Positions 62,563-64,000 of a stretch of DNA of 64,000 nt are shown here, piece by piece. The notes beneath the pieces were generated by a model that saw nothing but the letters and a program-made list of their open reading frames with translations, was not told the origin of the DNA and did no database searches. Source of the stretch: an uncultured Chthonomonadaceae bacterium. GTDB lineage: Bacteria > Armatimonadota > Chthonomonadetes > Chthonomonadales > Chthonomonadaceae. A program made the translations under genes and the position numbers. The stretch lies in contig CAWFQB010000012.1 in the NCBI GenBank assembly GCA_963817895.1, positions 12,223 through 76,222 on the forward strand, in the 5' to 3' direction. The first letter of the stretch is position 1, and each line of letters begins with the position of its first letter.

Positions 62563-62829
62563 TCATTCGTCATCGCCATACAGGTTTTCACGCCGCAGCA
62601 TGTCAGGCGTTAAGCCGGATGGTTTGTCGGCGTGGCTGCTCGTCCACTCCTGAAAGACTTGCTGCCAGTCGGCGTCTGAAATTGCGCGACGTGGCGGCAG
62701 GGGCCGAGGCGCAAGTCTGTTCCCACTGTCTTCAGCCGCAGTAGTCAACTCAGCCTTGATCTCTGGCGTGGAAGATGGTGAGGGTGTCTGCGCGAACGGA
62801 TACGCGAATTGCTGTACAGCGCTCTGCAC
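62563..62829 (-). CDS. Antitoxin-like fragment
   Basis: C-terminus FQEWTSSH..LRRENLY resembles that of the adjacent antitoxin; start unclear. Confidence 0.45.
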   Translation of the reverse strand: MQSAVQQFAYPFAQTPSPSSTPEIKAELTTAAEDSGNRLAPRPLPPRRAISDADWQQVFQEWTSSHADKPSGLTPDMLRRENLYGDDE

Positions 62830-63038
62830 AAAGCGGCGTTCACGTCGCTTGAAGGTCAGTTTGCGCCGATCGCGTAAACCATCCGCTTTTGTTTAGTCGT
62901 CAGATGTTTTATGCTGATAGAAGTATCCGTTGTGTTTTTCTCTGTGAGTGACATGGCTTTCCACTTCCGCTCTTTTCAGGGCAAATACAAAAAGTTCCTT
63001 ACCCGCATGGATAAGGAATTTATTGTTTTGAATTGATA

Positions 63039-63110
63039 TTGGCGGTATTGGATTTGAACCAATGACCTCTTCCGTGTCAAGGAAGCGCTCTACCCCTGAG
63101 CCAACCGCCA
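63039..63110 (-). tRNA. tRNA-Val(GAC)
   Basis: Cloverleaf: acceptor TGGCGGT/ACCGCCA, anticodon arm CTTCC-TTGACAC-GGAAG, T-loop TTCAAAT; CCA not encoded. Confidence 0.95.
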
Positions 63111-63183
63111 TTGAAATCACTGAACCCCTGAGTAACAAGAGTATCAGTCGCAACTAACCACCTGAAAGTGATCTGCCATGAAA

Positions 63184-63212
63184 AGTATACCCGAACTTGG
63201 CCCTGGGGTCAA
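63184..63212 (-). promoter_or_regulatory. Sigma70-type promoter for tRNA-Val
   Basis: TTGACC-17 bp-TATACT. Confidence 0.7.
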
Positions 63213-63390
63213 GAGCAGATATTTGTTTTTCAGGGACGGCGCAGCTTAACTGATGAGAACTTGCTCTGAATAGGCGTTATCCCATCCGGCTTTCTTCTGC
63301 CGCGCCTTAATTCCACCCTCATGTTTTCTCCTGCCTTCGGTGTGATCTTTTTCCTTTATAGATAGTGAGTTTGCGGCGCTGCGGGAACCA

Positions 63391-63933
63391 TTACGTTCCA
63401 GCAAGCAGCCGGTCGTAATCTTGTCGTATGATTTGGTAGCACTCGCAGGAAGCCCCTTCCAATCCCTTGCGATCCAGGACAGTGATTTTGCCCCGGTTGT
63501 AGGTGATTAGTCCGGCCTTTTGCAATGTTCCCGCCACTTCCGTGACCGTCGCCCTGCGAACGCCAAGCATCTGTCCCATAAACTCATGCGTGAGCGAGAA
63601 TTCGTCTGGCTCAACCCGATCCTGGGTGAGCAGCAGCCAGCGGGCGCAACGCTGCTCGATAGAATGGAGGCGATTACACGCCGCCGATTGCGCAATCTGG
63701 GTAAAAAGCGCCTGCGTATAGCGATGCAGGATAGACACCAATCCCCCGCCGTTCTTGACTTCTTCCCGAAACATGTCCGTCCTCATCCGCAAAGCCTCTC
63801 CCTCTACCTGACAGAACGCTTCGGTGGGAGTTTGGTCGGCTCCGAGGAATACGGGAAGTCCCACCATTCCTTCGTTGCCAATGGTTCCCACTTCGGAAAA
63901 TACGCCCGCGTTTGTACGCTGGCGTACAAACAA
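63391..63933 (-). pseudogene. Crp/Fnr family regulator, apparently 5'-truncated
   Basis: EVGTIGNEG, ACNRLHSIEQRCARWLL, LGVRRATVT HTH; start of the cNMP domain absent and in-frame stop just upstream. Confidence 0.7.
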
Positions 63934-64000
63934 GACGGAAATCTGCTACAATAGGTTCTCAGCCAAAAGGATTATCTTTTGCAGTGAAACGGATGGCACG

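Overview
Chromosomal bacterial DNA. The gene content (DUF1559/prepilin proteins, PEP-CTERM, a Firmicutes-style DUF881/DUF1290 pair inside the dcw cluster) suggests Armatimonadota, but this is inference. Layout: (1) 1-8.3 kb, a prenyltransferase-repeat / MoxR / DUF58 / BatA-vWA operon interrupted by four paralogous two-TM, HEAT-like proteins that all end in a triple 'LLR(A/P)' tail; (2) 8.4-16 kb, small redox and stress genes (rhodanese, Rieske, fructosamine kinase, MRJP-like, SDR, SRPBCC, His-rich protein, Zn-dehydrogenase); (3) 16-41 kb, minus-strand dcw cluster (mraZ to ftsZ, then pgeF and iscS) with no murB and a GT-C glycosyltransferase between murG and murC; (4) 41-64 kb, accessory genes (PhyH, decayed HNH, two DUF1559 prepilins, glpK, ABC-2 exporter plus Eis-like GNAT, pilin, PD40 propeller, PEP-CTERM, acyltransferase, decayed VapBC, tRNA-Val(GAC), truncated Crp). 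Single-base frameshifts, including in essential murD/E/F, most likely reflect sequencing error. Best novelty candidates: the LLRP-tail gene array with mosaic 3' ends; an 11-codon sORF (MDYSQRGEQAG) with a near-consensus promoter, strong RBS and structured 3' region, divergent from the ABC/GNAT operon; and a rich set of palindromic and tandem repeats, some nested and some translated in-frame inside housekeeping enzymes.
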